Notes under the pieces: model-generated | Database searches by the model: none | Told to the model about the DNA's origin: nothing | What the model saw: the letters and a program-made list of their open reading frames with translations, nothing else | Program-made: the position numbers and the translations under genes | In this document: positions 44,290-58,869 of the stretch, piece after piece | Numbering within the stretch: position 1 is the first letter of the stretch | Layout: every line of letters begins with the position of its first letter | Assembly: GCF_009914755.1 (NCBI RefSeq) | Contig: NC_060939.1 | DNA: 64,000 nt | Direction: 5' to 3' (one strand) | Origin: the human T2T-CHM13v2.0 reference genome, Homo sapiens

Positions 44290-44470
44290 GACAGAAACAT
44301 TAGTTGAGGAGTAATCCAAAGACTGCATTGACTGTCATGGGAAGCAGGGAGGCCCCTGTTCCTGAAAGTGCTGAGTCAGAGGATTGAGGCTATTTTGCAG
44401 GGATTTCATCACATGATATGCAGGGGATGCTGAACTTGATAAATCTGTAAGGTCTGTGAATCTAGAAGTC
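44290..44470 (+). mobile_element. L3/CR1-like 3' fragment
   Basis: GGCCCCTGTTCCTGAAAGTGCTGAGTCAGAGG...TGAACTTGATAAATCTGTAAGGTC resembles the CR1/L3 3' end. Confidence 0.45.
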
Positions 44471-45319
44471 ATTCAATTAAATACAAACATGGGTCTGGAT
44501 AATTCCAGTACCTTAGAGTTGAAATGATCCTGAGTTCCTGCCTCTAAATGACAAATGTATTTATATGAAAGTGACCAGTGGACATCAACTCTTACTTGCT
44601 CCTGTTCTAGACCTTGAAAGAAACTCCAGGTGGCCAGCTAGACCCCAGTGCCACCCTTCCCAGGACATTAGCACCCTCGGTGGGTGTGGGATCCGACACT
44701 AGCCTCCTTGATAAGAAGCACTGCGCCCTGGGCTGCCTCCAGAGCCCTTGACTGCTCACGCCCATGAGTACCACCTGTGCTTGAGGACAAGGCTGTCACT
44801 TGCTAGCAATCAGCAGAGGGTTGTCACAAAGCCAGGAGCAGGAATACACCAGGGCAGTATGGCGATCCCAGGTACACACAACCACAAAAGGCTGGTATCC
44901 CATCTCCACTGGGAACAGAGAAGATTCACTAGGTTCCTGGGGCTGTGCTTCAGGGGAAATGGTAGGTAAGGAGGAGATCCCTGCTCACAGTGAAAACTTG
45001 TGTCCATAGGAGAAGAGTAAACTTTGTCCTGGGTGGCTTGTTCTTGGCCACCTGCCATTCTAGGAAGATTCATCCACACTCCTCCAATTTCCTACCACTC
45101 TGCTCTCGGCCTGCTGTGGGTCAGCTCCAGCCTCCATCACTCCATGACTTTGTTCTCATCAAGATCACCAGTGACCTTCAGATTGCCAGAGTCCAAAGCC
45201 CACTTTTCCAGGCCTCATCATACTTGCCCTCCTGGCAGCATCCAGCAGTGTTGGCCACTCCCATCTGCCTCCTTACTGGTTTTCTCTCAAGCTTTCTTTT
45301 GTTTTTAATCCCTGCACAT

Positions 45320-45510
45320 CACTCCTTCAACAAATATTTATTGAGCATTTACCATGGGCTAGCCACTGGCCTAGGCGCTGGGAACACGGCGGTAAGAAAA
45401 AGCAGACATGATTCCAATCCTTACGGAATCTACGCTCTAGCAGAAAAGTCATATGTTCTTCAAATAACACACACACAAATGCCGAATGGCAATCACACTC
45501 TGTGAAACAG
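45320..45510 (-). mobile_element. L2 3' end
   Basis: TTCAACAAATATTTATTGAGCATTTACCATG. Confidence 0.75.
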
Positions 45511-45759
45511 GTAAAACACTAAAAATTCCACAGAGAATTGAGCAGGTACAAGAAGAGGAAAAAAAGAGTTAGGATTTTTAGCTTTTAAAAAAATCACTAC
45601 ATATACATATAGAAGGTACAATAAATTTTATGCCTGTTCATGGTAATCTATGTACTGAGATACATAGCTTTAACAACTCAAGCTCACTCACAATTCAGTC
45701 TGACTTTCACAAACTAATTTCATATTACTTTATATATAGAACAAGACAAATATACCAAT

Positions 45760-45960
45760 TCTTTATTGAACAACTGTGCTAAGCTTTGCGTATGTTATTT
45801 AAGTAGTGCTAGGTTTTATATAAATCGCCTTTTCTAATCCTTTCAATAACCCATAAGGAAGTATAATTATCTCCATTTTACAGATGAGAAAACTGAAATT
45901 CAGAGACTTTACCAAGCTGGCACATGGCAGGCTCTGAATATAGACCCAGAACTTCCTTTT
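45760..45960 (-). mobile_element. MIR
   Basis: ATTATCTCCATTTTACAGATGAGAAAACTGA core. Confidence 0.8.
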
Positions 45961-46461
45961 GACCAAAAAAAAAAAAAAAAATTTACAACGGAAATATCCA
46001 ATCTTGCATATGCAAATGAAGCTTGTTCCATTCAAATATGTGCTCTAGAGACCACAAAATAGTCTTCCCTAGAAACAGCTTTGTGAACCTGAAGCACAAT
46101 CTTCTGAATGTTCTCATTGCAGTCAAGGCTTTGTCCTCGAAGAATGGAGTTGATTTTCAACAGTCATTTGGCGCATAGGCTGGTTGCATTGGGAGGGGGA
46201 GGTCAGAGTGGGTCATAGAGCACACCTGTCCTCTCATCTGGCCAGCTACTCTCTGTCTGTGATGGAATGGGCTCTCCCCAACCCAAATACAAGTACTTCT
46301 TCTGACTCCTGAGTTCAAGGTGGCCACTCATGCTACCTCATGCTTCTGTCCAGTGTGTCTGGCTCCAAAAGTGGGTATATGATCCAAGTAAGGCAAATCA
46401 GAAAACCTCTGTTAGATTTAGCATATCAATGTTGGAAAAAAGGTCTCTCTTCTTTTCAGGT

Positions 46462-47256
<795 letters not shown>

Positions 47257-48223
47257 AGACTGCAGGTTTTGGGGCTGCCAGTGACTATGACAGCCATGTT
47301 AAGAAGGCTTGTCTGTAGGGTATGGGGTGACTAGAAAGAAAAAAAAATAAGACAGAGGGAGAGAGCAAGAGAGAGAGAGATGACAGTACCTTTGAACTTC
47401 TAGATTCCAGTTGTCCCCGAGAGAACGACAGAGCGGGAATTCTGGGCTGCAACATGGAGAAACCCTGGCTAAGAGATGGAGAGAGATGTGTTTACGGCCT
47501 TTAACCCAGTTTTGCCCACAGCCAACTGCACTCTCAGATATCCAGTTGGGTTTTGTCACGAGGAATTAAAAGTGAAAAAGTACCACGCTTTAGTAAAGAG
47601 GGAAGTGTGACTACTAAGAATAGATACTGATTTTCTTTTAGTGAAAAGTAACTGACCCTAAAGCTGCTCCCCAAAGACAAGTCCTAGGGTGAGGAATAAA
47701 ATAAGTACATAGGTTTGGGGAAAGGCATCTGGCATCTCCGGGTAACTGTAAGAAAACAGTACTCATTTGGAAAGCTATATATACTTGTAATGTTTCAAAT
47801 AATTTAATATTTTATAGAACAGATACTCATTGTTTCTTCTCCTACCCTTTAATTCATCCTTAGAAAATGCATCCATGATTTATTCTCAAAGAACCACACA
47901 ATAAAATCACTGTTGATTGGGTCAGGGGCTGATACCCAACCTAACCTGAACCGGTTAAATTCTCTCCAGCCATTTGAAATTGGAACTCAGAGCTACTAGT
48001 TATAATTAAACGGTGCTTAACCAGAGAGTCAGAGAAACTGGCCTATACAGAAAGGAACCATGTGAAAACACAGAGAAACAAAGATGGGAGGCCAGGGAGA
48101 AAGAGAAAGCAAGCAAATATTAAAAAATAATAATAATAACATTTGGGAAATCTGGGCAAAGTGTATCTTGGAATTCTTGGTATTATTCATGCAACTTTTC
48201 TCTAAGTCTGAAATTACATTTAA

Positions 48224-48524
<301 letters not shown>

Positions 48525-48549
48525 TAAAATTTTTAAAGTTTCAATAAAT

Positions 48550-49470
48550 AATGTAAACAATATAAACACTCCAAGTAAAAGACATTGTTAAGAAAATTAA
48601 GAGATGAGTGCAGACTAGAAAATATTTTCAAATTCATGTATCTGATAAAGAACTTACATCCAAAATATGTAAAGAATTCATCTAATATATAAAGAACTCA
48701 ACTTTAAAAGTGGACAATTTGAATAGTTGCTTCACCAAAGAAGATAAACAAAAAAAGATGCTCAATATCTTTATTCATTAGAAACATGTAAATTAAAACC
48801 ACCTTGAGATACACTTACATGCTCACTAGAATGGCTAAAATTAAAGACTGATTAATACCAAGAGTTGTCAAGGATGTGGGACAACTGAAACTGTCATACA
48901 TGATGGCAGCAATGCAAAATGGTACAGCCACTTTGTAAAAGTTTTATAGTTTCTTATAAAATGGGACATGCACTTACTCTACAGCCCAGAAATTCTACTT
49001 TTAGGTATTTACCCATGAGATAAGGAAACCTAAGTTCACACAAAGGCACGTACTTTATTCAGAAATGAAACTCAAATATGTATCAATTGCTGAACAGATA
49101 AATTGTGGTGTACTTATACAACAGAATACTACTCAGCAATTAAAAGGAAGAACTACTGATACATGTGAGAGCATGAACAGCTCTCAAAAGTATTATGCAA
49201 AGTGAAAGAAGTCAGACACCAACAGACACTGTAGAGTCCATTTTTATGAAATCTTCACAAAGCAAAACAGTGACAGAAAGCAGATCAGTGATACCAGCGG
49301 CCCAGGTGTTGGGAGGGGACTGGCTCAAAGGGGCTCATGGGGGTGATGAAATGTTCTCTTTCAGGATCGTGGTGGTGGTTACATCTTTGTCAAAGCACAT
49401 CAAATTACAGTTTTTGAACTGATACATTTTAGAGTATGAAACTGATATTTAAAGTTGACTTTTAAAAATT
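48550..49470 (+). mobile_element. Old L1 (L1MC/ME-like) 3' end
   Basis: TATCTGATAAAGAACTTACATCC...AAAATGGTACAGCCACTTTG...ATGCAAAGTGAAAGAAGTCAGACA. Confidence 0.8.
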
Positions 49471-50410
49471 CTCTTCTCCCTCAAAGCAAAGACTACATCA
49501 GTCCTCCAAAATAAGGAGCTAGTCTTTTGCCAGCCTTTTGAGAGAAGGAAGGAAAAAACACCTAATTTCTCTACCAGGTTATCCTGCCTCACTCATAAAG
49601 CATCTCCCTTTACTTTAATAAGCACATGGATTTCTCTTACTTGCAACCAAAAGATCCCTAAGATATTTGTGATGGAAAGAAAATTAAGTTTCTTAACTAA
49701 CTCAGGGAGTCCAAACTACCTAGAAACATAATGTCATAAAATCTTCTAATATTGTATGCAGATGGCTTTATCCCTTCTGGAATGCTAATTTTCAGCTTGC
49801 TGTCTTCCTAACATCACTCCAGGCATGTTCAGTGCAGTTCACCACCCGACTTGTACGACATCTATTCCAGGACTAAACTCATCATCCTGGTGGAATGGTC
49901 TCAATGTTCATTATTCTTTGGGATAGAACAATTTATAAAGTTCAATTATCTGCAATTGCTCTGTTGAAGGAATAATCTCCATATAGATGAAGGCAGCCCA
50001 GTGCCACTCTTGCTTGGACTGTAGCATTCTCAAAGCTCTGTGTTTCCAGCAAAGGGGGAAATGACAGAGTCCCAGGTCCCAACTAACTCCCAAGGATTCC
50101 TGAGCCAGTAGCTCCTGCCTCCTAGTCCTTGGGCCCCTGTGACAGCTCCATGGAAAATATAACCTCCTTCTGATATGAGCCCTTGTTGTACATGCTGAGA
50201 ACAACAGCACTGCCAGGCAGCAAGTGTCGCAGAGGGACTACCCTTGGCCACAGCATAATGGCTCATCATGGCGTTACAATTCCATCTGAGGCTGGGAGTT
50301 TCATCCAAGACCAGCAGCCAAACGTTTAAGGGTTTGTATCAAGACAAACATAATTATGAGACAGAAAGGGCCTATTAGTTCTACTATGTAATTTTAAATC
50401 TCAAACTATC

Positions 50411-50413
<3 letters not shown>

Positions 50414-50447
<34 letters not shown>
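50414..50447. repeat. (AC)17 microsatellite
   Basis: Read directly. Confidence 0.95.
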
Positions 50448-50451
<4 letters not shown>

Positions 50452-51181
50452 AAACCCCTCTTCATCTTCTCATTTGAGAAGGCTGTAATTATTCCAGGGT
50501 CCCTAACAGCTCACTCAATGGCTGGTTAAGCACTGCTTCTTAGCTGACAAGACCCCATTCCATGTTGGTTCAGGTCAGATGCAGGTGGCTGGGCCAGATG
50601 ACCGGAGGAAGCCCTTGGATTCCATAAGCTCGAGTGTGGGACGCTGGATAGAACATGACTACCTTGTTTGTTTTTAATTAGGAAATTGAAATTGCCACTA
50701 ACAGGTTTCTGCACATGTGGGTCCAAGTGTGCACACACTGGCATTTGTGTGAAGGCATGAGTCTCCAGGGACATGTGTGTGGCCGTCCATGACCGATCAT
50801 CCGAATGCTCTTCTCTAAGTGTAGATTATCTCAGGGCATGAGGACACCCTTCACAGCCTGGGCCTCCCTGCCAGCTCTGTCTCCACACTCTTATCCACTT
50901 GGTGCCACATATGCACAGCCTTATGGGTCCTGGTGTTGGAAAGGAAAGTGCCCTGGGCAGCAGGCCAGGCCGCCAGCTGATTCACCGGTCAGCACTAGGC
51001 AAATTGATTTACCTCTCTGATGTATCCCTATTTCCCTCTCTGCAAAACAAAGACAAGAATATTTAATCCATAGGGTTCATGGGAGGATTTGATGAGCAAA
51101 TATGTGCAGAAGCATGTTGCCAGTGTGTTTATTGTGTAGTCATGATAATGGAACAGTAGAGTATGATGCAGTAACAGTGCT

Positions 51182-51560
51182 TGTCTTAGTTTGCATTCTT
51201 CCACAAGTAGACTCCGTGATAAGGATTCAAGGCCAAGTAGTTTGTTTGGGGTGGGGAGTCGGAAGAAGACAAAGAAGAGAAGTCAGCCAGTAAAGAGTGC
51301 CGTGTCAAACCAGCCACCGTTATGGGTGACAGGAGCATACCCCAGAAGAACACTGTGGACAGTGGTGTGGAATACACTCCTCAATGTTACCCCTGCCTGA
51401 GGGAAATGATGGAGTTACCGTCATCTGCCCTGGCCAGGATCTGGTGGGTGGTTAGTTTCTCAGCACTTGCAATATGCTGTACACAAGCGCCCAGAGCTGC
51501 AGACGCCAGTATTTGGAATGTGGCCAGTTCCTGCTGAATCCAAGACCTGAGGGCCAGGAG
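51182..51560 (-). mobile_element. ERVL LTR (LTR33/LTR16-like)
   Basis: TGTCTTAGTTTGCATTCTTCCACAAGTAGACTCCGTGATAAGGATTCAAGGCCAAGTAGTTTGTTTGGG. Confidence 0.6.
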
Positions 51561-51764
51561 CACGGGCTTGGCAGCAGCTGCTTCAAGTTGGATCATTGAC
51601 ACTGCAGAGCCACGTTTCACAACCAAGGAACTAAACTCAGGGCAGACTTGGATTCCAAAACAAGACGTGCAAAAAGGGCAATTTCAGGAGGAAGATGAGC
51701 CCAAAAGGGAGATCTTTCAGGCCTCATGGCATTTGTGCCTCTCTTCACAAAAATAATTTTTTTC

Positions 51765-52290
51765 CTGCTCTATGTAAACCTTGTACTAAGTGCTGCAGAT
51801 ACAGTGCTGACCAAGACAGAATCTGCCCTGCCCTCCTGGAGTTCCAGTGGGGATGCCTGCCTTAAACCATCACGAAAGCAAATAAGCAATTCCAAATAAT
51901 AATGAATGATAAGTACATGTGAGTGTAAGTTGAACTGTGGACGAAGGTGAAGGGATGTCAGGGAAGACATCTCTCAGTGACATTTGAGCTCAGACCTGAA
52001 GGATGAGTAGGGGTGGTGAGGTGAAGGGGAAGGAAACTCCGAGCAGATGACTTAGCATGTGCAAGGGCCTGGAGGCAAGAATGAGCTTGGCACACTCCCT
52101 GCACTGGTGAAGGGAGCTGGAGCCTGGTGAGAGGGAGGGAGGGGAAATGAGGCTGGAGAAGTAGGGAGGCACCAAACCAGACAGTCTAGAGGCATGAGAA
52201 AGAGTGGACTTTATCCTAAGTGCTGAGGGGGCCAATGAAGCATTTAAAGCAAGGGAGTGACCTGATCAAACTCAAATTCAGGACAGTGCC
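51765..52290 (-). mobile_element. L2
   Basis: GTGACATTTGAGCTCAGACCTGAAGGATGAGTAGG...AGCATGTGCAAGGGCCTGGAGG. Confidence 0.8.
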
Positions 52291-52978
52291 TTTGTGGAAA
52301 CAGGATCCCTGGAGCAGCTCTGATCATCAAATGCTCTCTGAGCCCAGCTTCATGTGGAGTGTTGGGGGTGACCACACTCTGGGAGATCTGATGGGCATAG
52401 TACATGGTAGACATGCTGAATTCTGTAAGAGAGGTCCAAAGAAAAAGGCTCAGAGGAGGTGAGGAGGGGGATCCAAAGAGCCCTGCGGGGGGAAATGGCA
52501 TCTGAGCCAGGCCAAGAGAGTGGGTGATGCTGGACCTGAGTGTTGGTGTGGAGAGGGTATTCCAGGCAGAGGTGCCAGAGTGAGTAAAGGTGAAGCTGAC
52601 CAGGCAGTTGTCCTCTCTGCTCCCCTAGGCGGTGGGGCCCGGGCAGGAGGTAGCCTGAAGGGGCACAGCTCCTCTACTCACTTGGCCACCATGTTCAGCT
52701 TCTTGGCTGCCAGCGCAGGTCCCAGTGATGGCTTAAGCACCTGGACTGGCTGCTCTGATCCCTGTGGGGGTAATATGGTCACTCAGGCTTGGAGATCCAA
52801 GATACCTGAGAGTCAGCAGGAAGCCACCAAGGGCATAGCTGGGCATTGGTTGGGGAGGCTGAGTGGTGGGGTCATTTACCTTCTAAGTCAAACTCACCCT
52901 GGCCCCAGTCAAACCCAATCCAACAAGCAAAAAAACAACAACAATTACTTTTCTGTTGGAGAATTTCAGCAAACCTCT

Positions 52979-52980
<2 letters not shown>

Positions 52981-53009
<29 letters not shown>

Positions 53010-53033
53010 CACACGCGCATGTATGCACATGTG
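52981..53033. repeat. (GT)n microsatellite extended by alternating purine-pyrimidine sequence
   Basis: Read directly. Confidence 0.9.
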
Positions 53034-53827
53034 TTTCATTGTGACTATGCATCTGGAGGGGTTTGTGAATGTGCTCCCATGTCAACGTGCATGTAAATGA
53101 CAACAGCTCACGTTCACTGAGCTTGCCACATGCTCTATGTTCTCACCTGAATCCTTCTATTTAATCTCCACCTTATTAAAAGAGAATATTGTCGTCCCCA
53201 CTTACAGATGAGGAAACTGCATGTTAGATTAGTTTCCACAGTGGGATGTGAGCTAGACTCCTATGGGCAGAATGACTTTTTGCTCCTAGAATTCTAAATC
53301 ATGCATCAACTCTTAGCAGGAAAGAGATTTTCACCTTTCCTCAAGGTCATGTGGCAGAGATAAGAACCCACTTCTTTCCTGTAAAGCCCTTCAAAACATT
53401 GGCTCTGAAATAAAAGTGTAACATTTTCTAATGCAGTCTATTATCAGACGACTGCCACAAACATTAGGAAGATGCACGCAGTCCACTCCAGAGAAAGAAA
53501 AGTACGCTGGTGCTGCACAGCATTAAATGGCATGTCTCCTGACTCCTCTGCTTTCTAATAAAGGAAGCGATGACTCTGATCTCTGAAGACACCTGTTCTA
53601 AACCCACCATGTGACTTACCTCTTTAAAAAACAAACAAATAACATTTAATTTGCTCGTAAAGAATATCGTTTTTAGGTTTCCAATGTATTTAAAAATTGT
53701 AGGTAAAAGGCATTCAAATCATCTTGGCTTTCCAATCTCTTAAATCATATCTGCTTTATGTCGGGCATTTGACAACCCAAACTGACTTATAAAGTGCTCA
53801 TGTTAATTAGCATGGAGAAATTGTGTA

Positions 53828-53830
<3 letters not shown>

Positions 53831-53867
<37 letters not shown>

Positions 53868-53905
53868 TGAGTGTTTGTATGTGTGTCTGTGTGTGTGTGT
53901 ATGTG
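53831..53905. repeat. (GT)n microsatellite with degenerate extension
   Basis: Read directly. Confidence 0.92.
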
Positions 53906-54319
53906 AAGTTGCTAGTATTCCCTTTTGCTGACTCCAAATAAAGCCCGGAAAGGCTTTGGAAGTCTTCCCTGCCCCTTACCCTTTTCCCTTCTTTCTGAGA
54001 ATTCTTGAAGCCTTCAGAGCAGGGCCCGGCACACAGCAGGCACCAGGAAGTGTCAGCTAACGGTCTAATGACGGTGACGGTTGGCACCATCACCACCACG
54101 TCCTTTCCTCCTGTTCCTACTGGGAAACCTGCATCCCCTCAGCCCACAATAGGAAAGAGCCTCCCATGGCCCTGCACACCCTGTATTTTATCCTAGAAGC
54201 CAGCAGAGTCCCTTCTCACCATGGCCCCCTGGATCTCTCCGCTTTCACCACCTTGGCCTTCCCTGACTCCCTCAACTTTGCTTCTCCCTCAAACGATAGA
54301 CCCCGCACCCTCTGTTCCC

Positions 54320-54640
54320 AGCCTGCACACCCTTCCTCCTCTCTTCTCCCAGTTAACTCCCGCTCGTCCTTCAGATGGCTGCATCGGCATCATCTCCCCA
54401 GGAAGCCTGCTTCCATCTCCCCGACTTAGTCCACTCCCCCTATAATGGACCTTCACCACACCATGTCCTGCTCCTTCAGAGTGTGTGTCACAGGGAAAGT
54501 TCACACTTGTCTGGTGATGACCTGCCCCTCTCTAGAGCATCGCTCCTGTTAGACTGAAATTCCAACAAGGCAGAGCCATGGAGCCCCAGAACCAAGCACA
54601 GCTGATCTGGAACATAATCGGCACTCAGTAACATTGGTTG
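54320..54640 (+). mobile_element. L2 3' fragment
   Basis: CATCTCCCCAGGAAGCCTGCTTCC...TGGAACATAATCGGCACTCAGTAACATTGGTTG. Confidence 0.65.
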
Positions 54641-55629
54641 CATGATTTTACAGAAAGGGGTTTGAAGTAACAGTGCGAGAAGGAAGGGACTAAAAGAAGA
54701 GTAACAGTGATGGGAGAGAGAACAAGGCCAGATGCTCACACTGGCTCTCCTTCATCCACCCTCTAGGGCTCTCCACCCCTCAGCCTGCCTCCTTCCCCAG
54801 CCAGGAGACGCAAATCTGTGCTGGGAGCTTCAGAGGCCATCTGGCTGCAGCACGGTCACTGCTTTGAGCTCTAAGGATGCACCTGGTACATCTCCAGTGA
54901 CAAAGTGATTCCAAATAATACCCAGGTCCTGTGTCCAACCCTCCTCTCTCCACTCCCTGCCCTGAAAGGGAGTCTCATCACATTCCAGCGCCATCTGCTT
55001 GGGCACAGCGTGCCAGGCCCTGGCTGAGGGCCCCTGCTGGCAGCAACGGTTCCTGGGCCACCATGGAACCAGCACCCACAAGAGGCAGGCAGTGTCCAGA
55101 CACATGATCTGGGTCAGGGACACAGTGCCAGCTGCTGAGTCTCATGGAGGACAAGGGGGGCGAGATGGAAGTGTCTGTGGGTGGCACAATGGTGGAATAG
55201 CCAGCTCTAGGTGAATCTGCCCTAAATTCAAAACTGTCACACAGCAACGAAGGATGGTATCCTGCTGGCAAAGGTGTGCCCTGATTCCAAAGGGTCAAAT
55301 TAAGGAAGGAATCCAGGCATGGCAAGGTGGGGACTCTGGCTGAGCATCCTAAGGCCCAGCCTGGCTGGAGAAAAGTGGCCTTGTAGTGGGTCCTCATGTA
55401 CCCACTGGGGACAGGCTCGCAGGTTCCACTAGCACAAGGGGACACAGGGGACATCATTCAGACAACGAGAGTGGCCACCAACGAATCCAGGGTGTGCGAG
55501 TCCACAGCACTGCCCAATGCAGCAAGATCCTTGGTGTTAGGACGAGGCTGCTGCCATCTGCTCTGCTCCAGGCTCACTAGTGCCCACTCCCTGGGTGCAG
55601 GAGTTGAGCTGGAATTTGCACCTCCCAGA

Positions 55630-55760
55630 TGTGGGTGTGAATTCCAGCTCAACCCTCACCAGTAACCTTTACTGTGTGACCTCAGGTCAGTCAATGAACT
55701 CCTCTGAGCCTCCACATTCATAAAATGGGAACTGTAAATCAGCCTCAGGGGGTGGAGAGG
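55630..55760 (+). mobile_element. MIR fragment
   Basis: GGGTGTGAATTCCAGCTC...CTGTGTGACCTCAGGTCAGTCAATGAACTCCTCTGAGCCTC...ATAAAATGGG. Confidence 0.7.
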
Positions 55761-55764
55761 AAGA

Positions 55765-56130
55765 GTTGTTTAGTCAAAGCCTACTATGTGCCCAGTGGTG
55801 AGGAAGGCTCTGGAGATATCACTGTAAGCAACACCAGGCACGGCGCCTGCACTGGTGGGGCATACAGCCTAATGACAAAGATGGATGTTAAGCAACTCAT
55901 CCTGTAAGTAAACGTTTCATTACAAACCGCAATAAACTGTAAGAATAAAAAGCACCAGACATTGGAAAGTGTTTAACAGGAGGCCTTGACCTAGTATAGG
56001 AAAAAGAGGTGCCAGCAGTCTTCCTGGAGGAAGTGACAAGTGAGCAGAATTCTGATAAAGGGAGGGGGGCACCCACTGTGTCTGAGGGCGAAGGGGCCAG
56101 GGAGCATTCTGGGAGAGCAAGGGACACATG
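55765..56130 (-). mobile_element. L2
   Basis: GCCTACTATGTGCCCAG...CTTCCTGGAGGAAGTGAC. Confidence 0.7.
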
Positions 56131-56655
56131 CAGCGGCTTCTGGATGGACTGAGATAAGGCCACAGAATGCGGCCAGCAAGGCAGAAAGCAGCAGGCGGGG
56201 GTGGGGTCCCAGAGGGCACTGCCAACCTCACAGGAGGTGGTGATGAGCTTCCCAGGGCTGGCTTAGCAGCCACCAGAATGACAGCACCCAGCATTACCCA
56301 CAAAAGAGCATCCTAGCTAGAAGCCAGGCCCAGCAACTGACCCTTCCCGGGATGCTTTCTAGGTTATTTAGATGTTCCTTTGCGAGCACAGAGCAGCCTT
56401 AGTTCCAAAATCTTGATCCCTTTGCCCCAAAATCAGGCCTTCGTCCCAGGAGGCCTCTCTACTATTTCTCCCAGGAAGCCCAGCACATGATTCTCAGGAA
56501 AATGGGCTTCTGGGGAGCCTGTGTTAAGATGCCGGGATTCTCAGAGTAGGTGTGCAGTGAAGGAAGGCTCCTGGTCCACCTGCCCACTCGAAGGGATAAG
56601 CACAGTATTCATATGTAGAAATCTCTTTGTCAAAAGACCAAAAAAGGGATCTCTC

Positions 56656-56763
56656 TTTTTTTTTTTCATGGAATGCTTCACAGATTTGCACGTCATCTAG
56701 CAAAGGGGCCATGCTCATCTCTGTATCGGTCCAATTTTGGTATCTCTACTGCTGAGCAAGCAT
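56656..56763 (-). pseudogene. U6 snRNA processed pseudogene (RNU6-type)
   Basis: Minus strand ATGCTTGCTCAGCAGTAGAGATACCAAAATTGGACCGATACAGAGATGAGCATGGCCCCTTTGCTAGATGACGTGCAAATCTGTGAAGCATTCCATG then A11 aligns with U6 over almost its whole length; degenerate TSD GGGATCTCT / GGGACTCTT. Confidence 0.93.
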
Positions 56764-57352
56764 GGGACTCTTATTATTCAATCCTTAAGTTCCTCCTCCA
56801 AGACCCCTTTTTTTGAGCCACTGCCCATGAACTCCACAGCTACAGCTTCATAACAAGGTAAATGCAACACAGCAGTTTCCCACCTCTTACCCACTCTAAA
56901 CCTCTGCATCTTCAGTCTCTCCCTCTGTCTGTGTTGCCTCTTTTAGAGTGTATAATCAAGCCAAAAGAGCCTGGAAAAACCCCTTCTAATCAATAATTCA
57001 ACATGCTGGTCTCCTGTGACTTTTTTTCATTACAATTCTCCAGGTCAGGCATTCATGAATTCTACAGGATGGAGTTCCCTGCTGGGACACCAAAGTAGAA
57101 TTAATGTAGTTTGGGGGTAATTATGTGTTTTTTAATTATCCATCTTTTTCTTTTCCTAAACAGCCAGAAAGAATTATTTATAAATAAAGAAAAGTTATGG
57201 TCTCATGAGTTGGGCATTTGTAAAGAAGCAGATTCAAATGAGGGTACAAATTAGAGTAACAGGAAACATTTTGGGTATTTGCTGAGTCAAGAAAGACCGA
57301 TTTAGAAAGAGGTGAAAATAGTTCAAGTACTGTTTAAAAACTGCTGACATGA

Positions 57353-58284
<932 letters not shown>

Positions 58285-58869
58285 TTTCTATATATCAGGA
58301 CACTCACAGAGCCAACTATACCATCCCAATTTGCATAAGCACCCCTCTTTTGGACCCAACAATTTTGCTGACTCTCCATTCCAGAAAGAGGCTTTAGCAA
58401 GGCCTAATATGGAACCTCATGGAAAAGCTGTCCTCTACCCACTTAAAACAGGAAAGGACAATGGGCACTTCTGCAGGTTCCACCAACCTGCAGACAGGGA
58501 ATGCAGAATTGAATGATACAGTTTCTGAAAGCAGTAACCTCAGTGGCTACAGTGAAAACTGTCCATGATAGTTCGAACTCACCTCACACTTGCTGGAGCC
58601 CCAGCTCCTCAAATCCCTTCTGCACCAGCACGGCATCTAGATGACCCAAGCTACCTGAATTCACTTGGCCTCGTAGCTCCCCTGACACAGGTGGCCACTC
58701 CATCCTACTCAAAGCAGCTTCCTCTCTGGGCTTCTACAGGACCACTCTCGTGCTTCCCATACTGCACTGGCTTTTCCACTCTGGGCAGTTACCACTTCTC
58801 CCTCTCCTCCCCAACCTCTAATTGGTTGATTTCCACAGGACCCAGTCTGGGTGCTCTCCTTTAACTCTC

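Noticed and set aside
44369-44378. TGCTGAGTCA ARE/MARE motif (also 57280-57289)
   Set aside because: Isolated 10-mers, the first inside a probable L3 fragment; no independent support.
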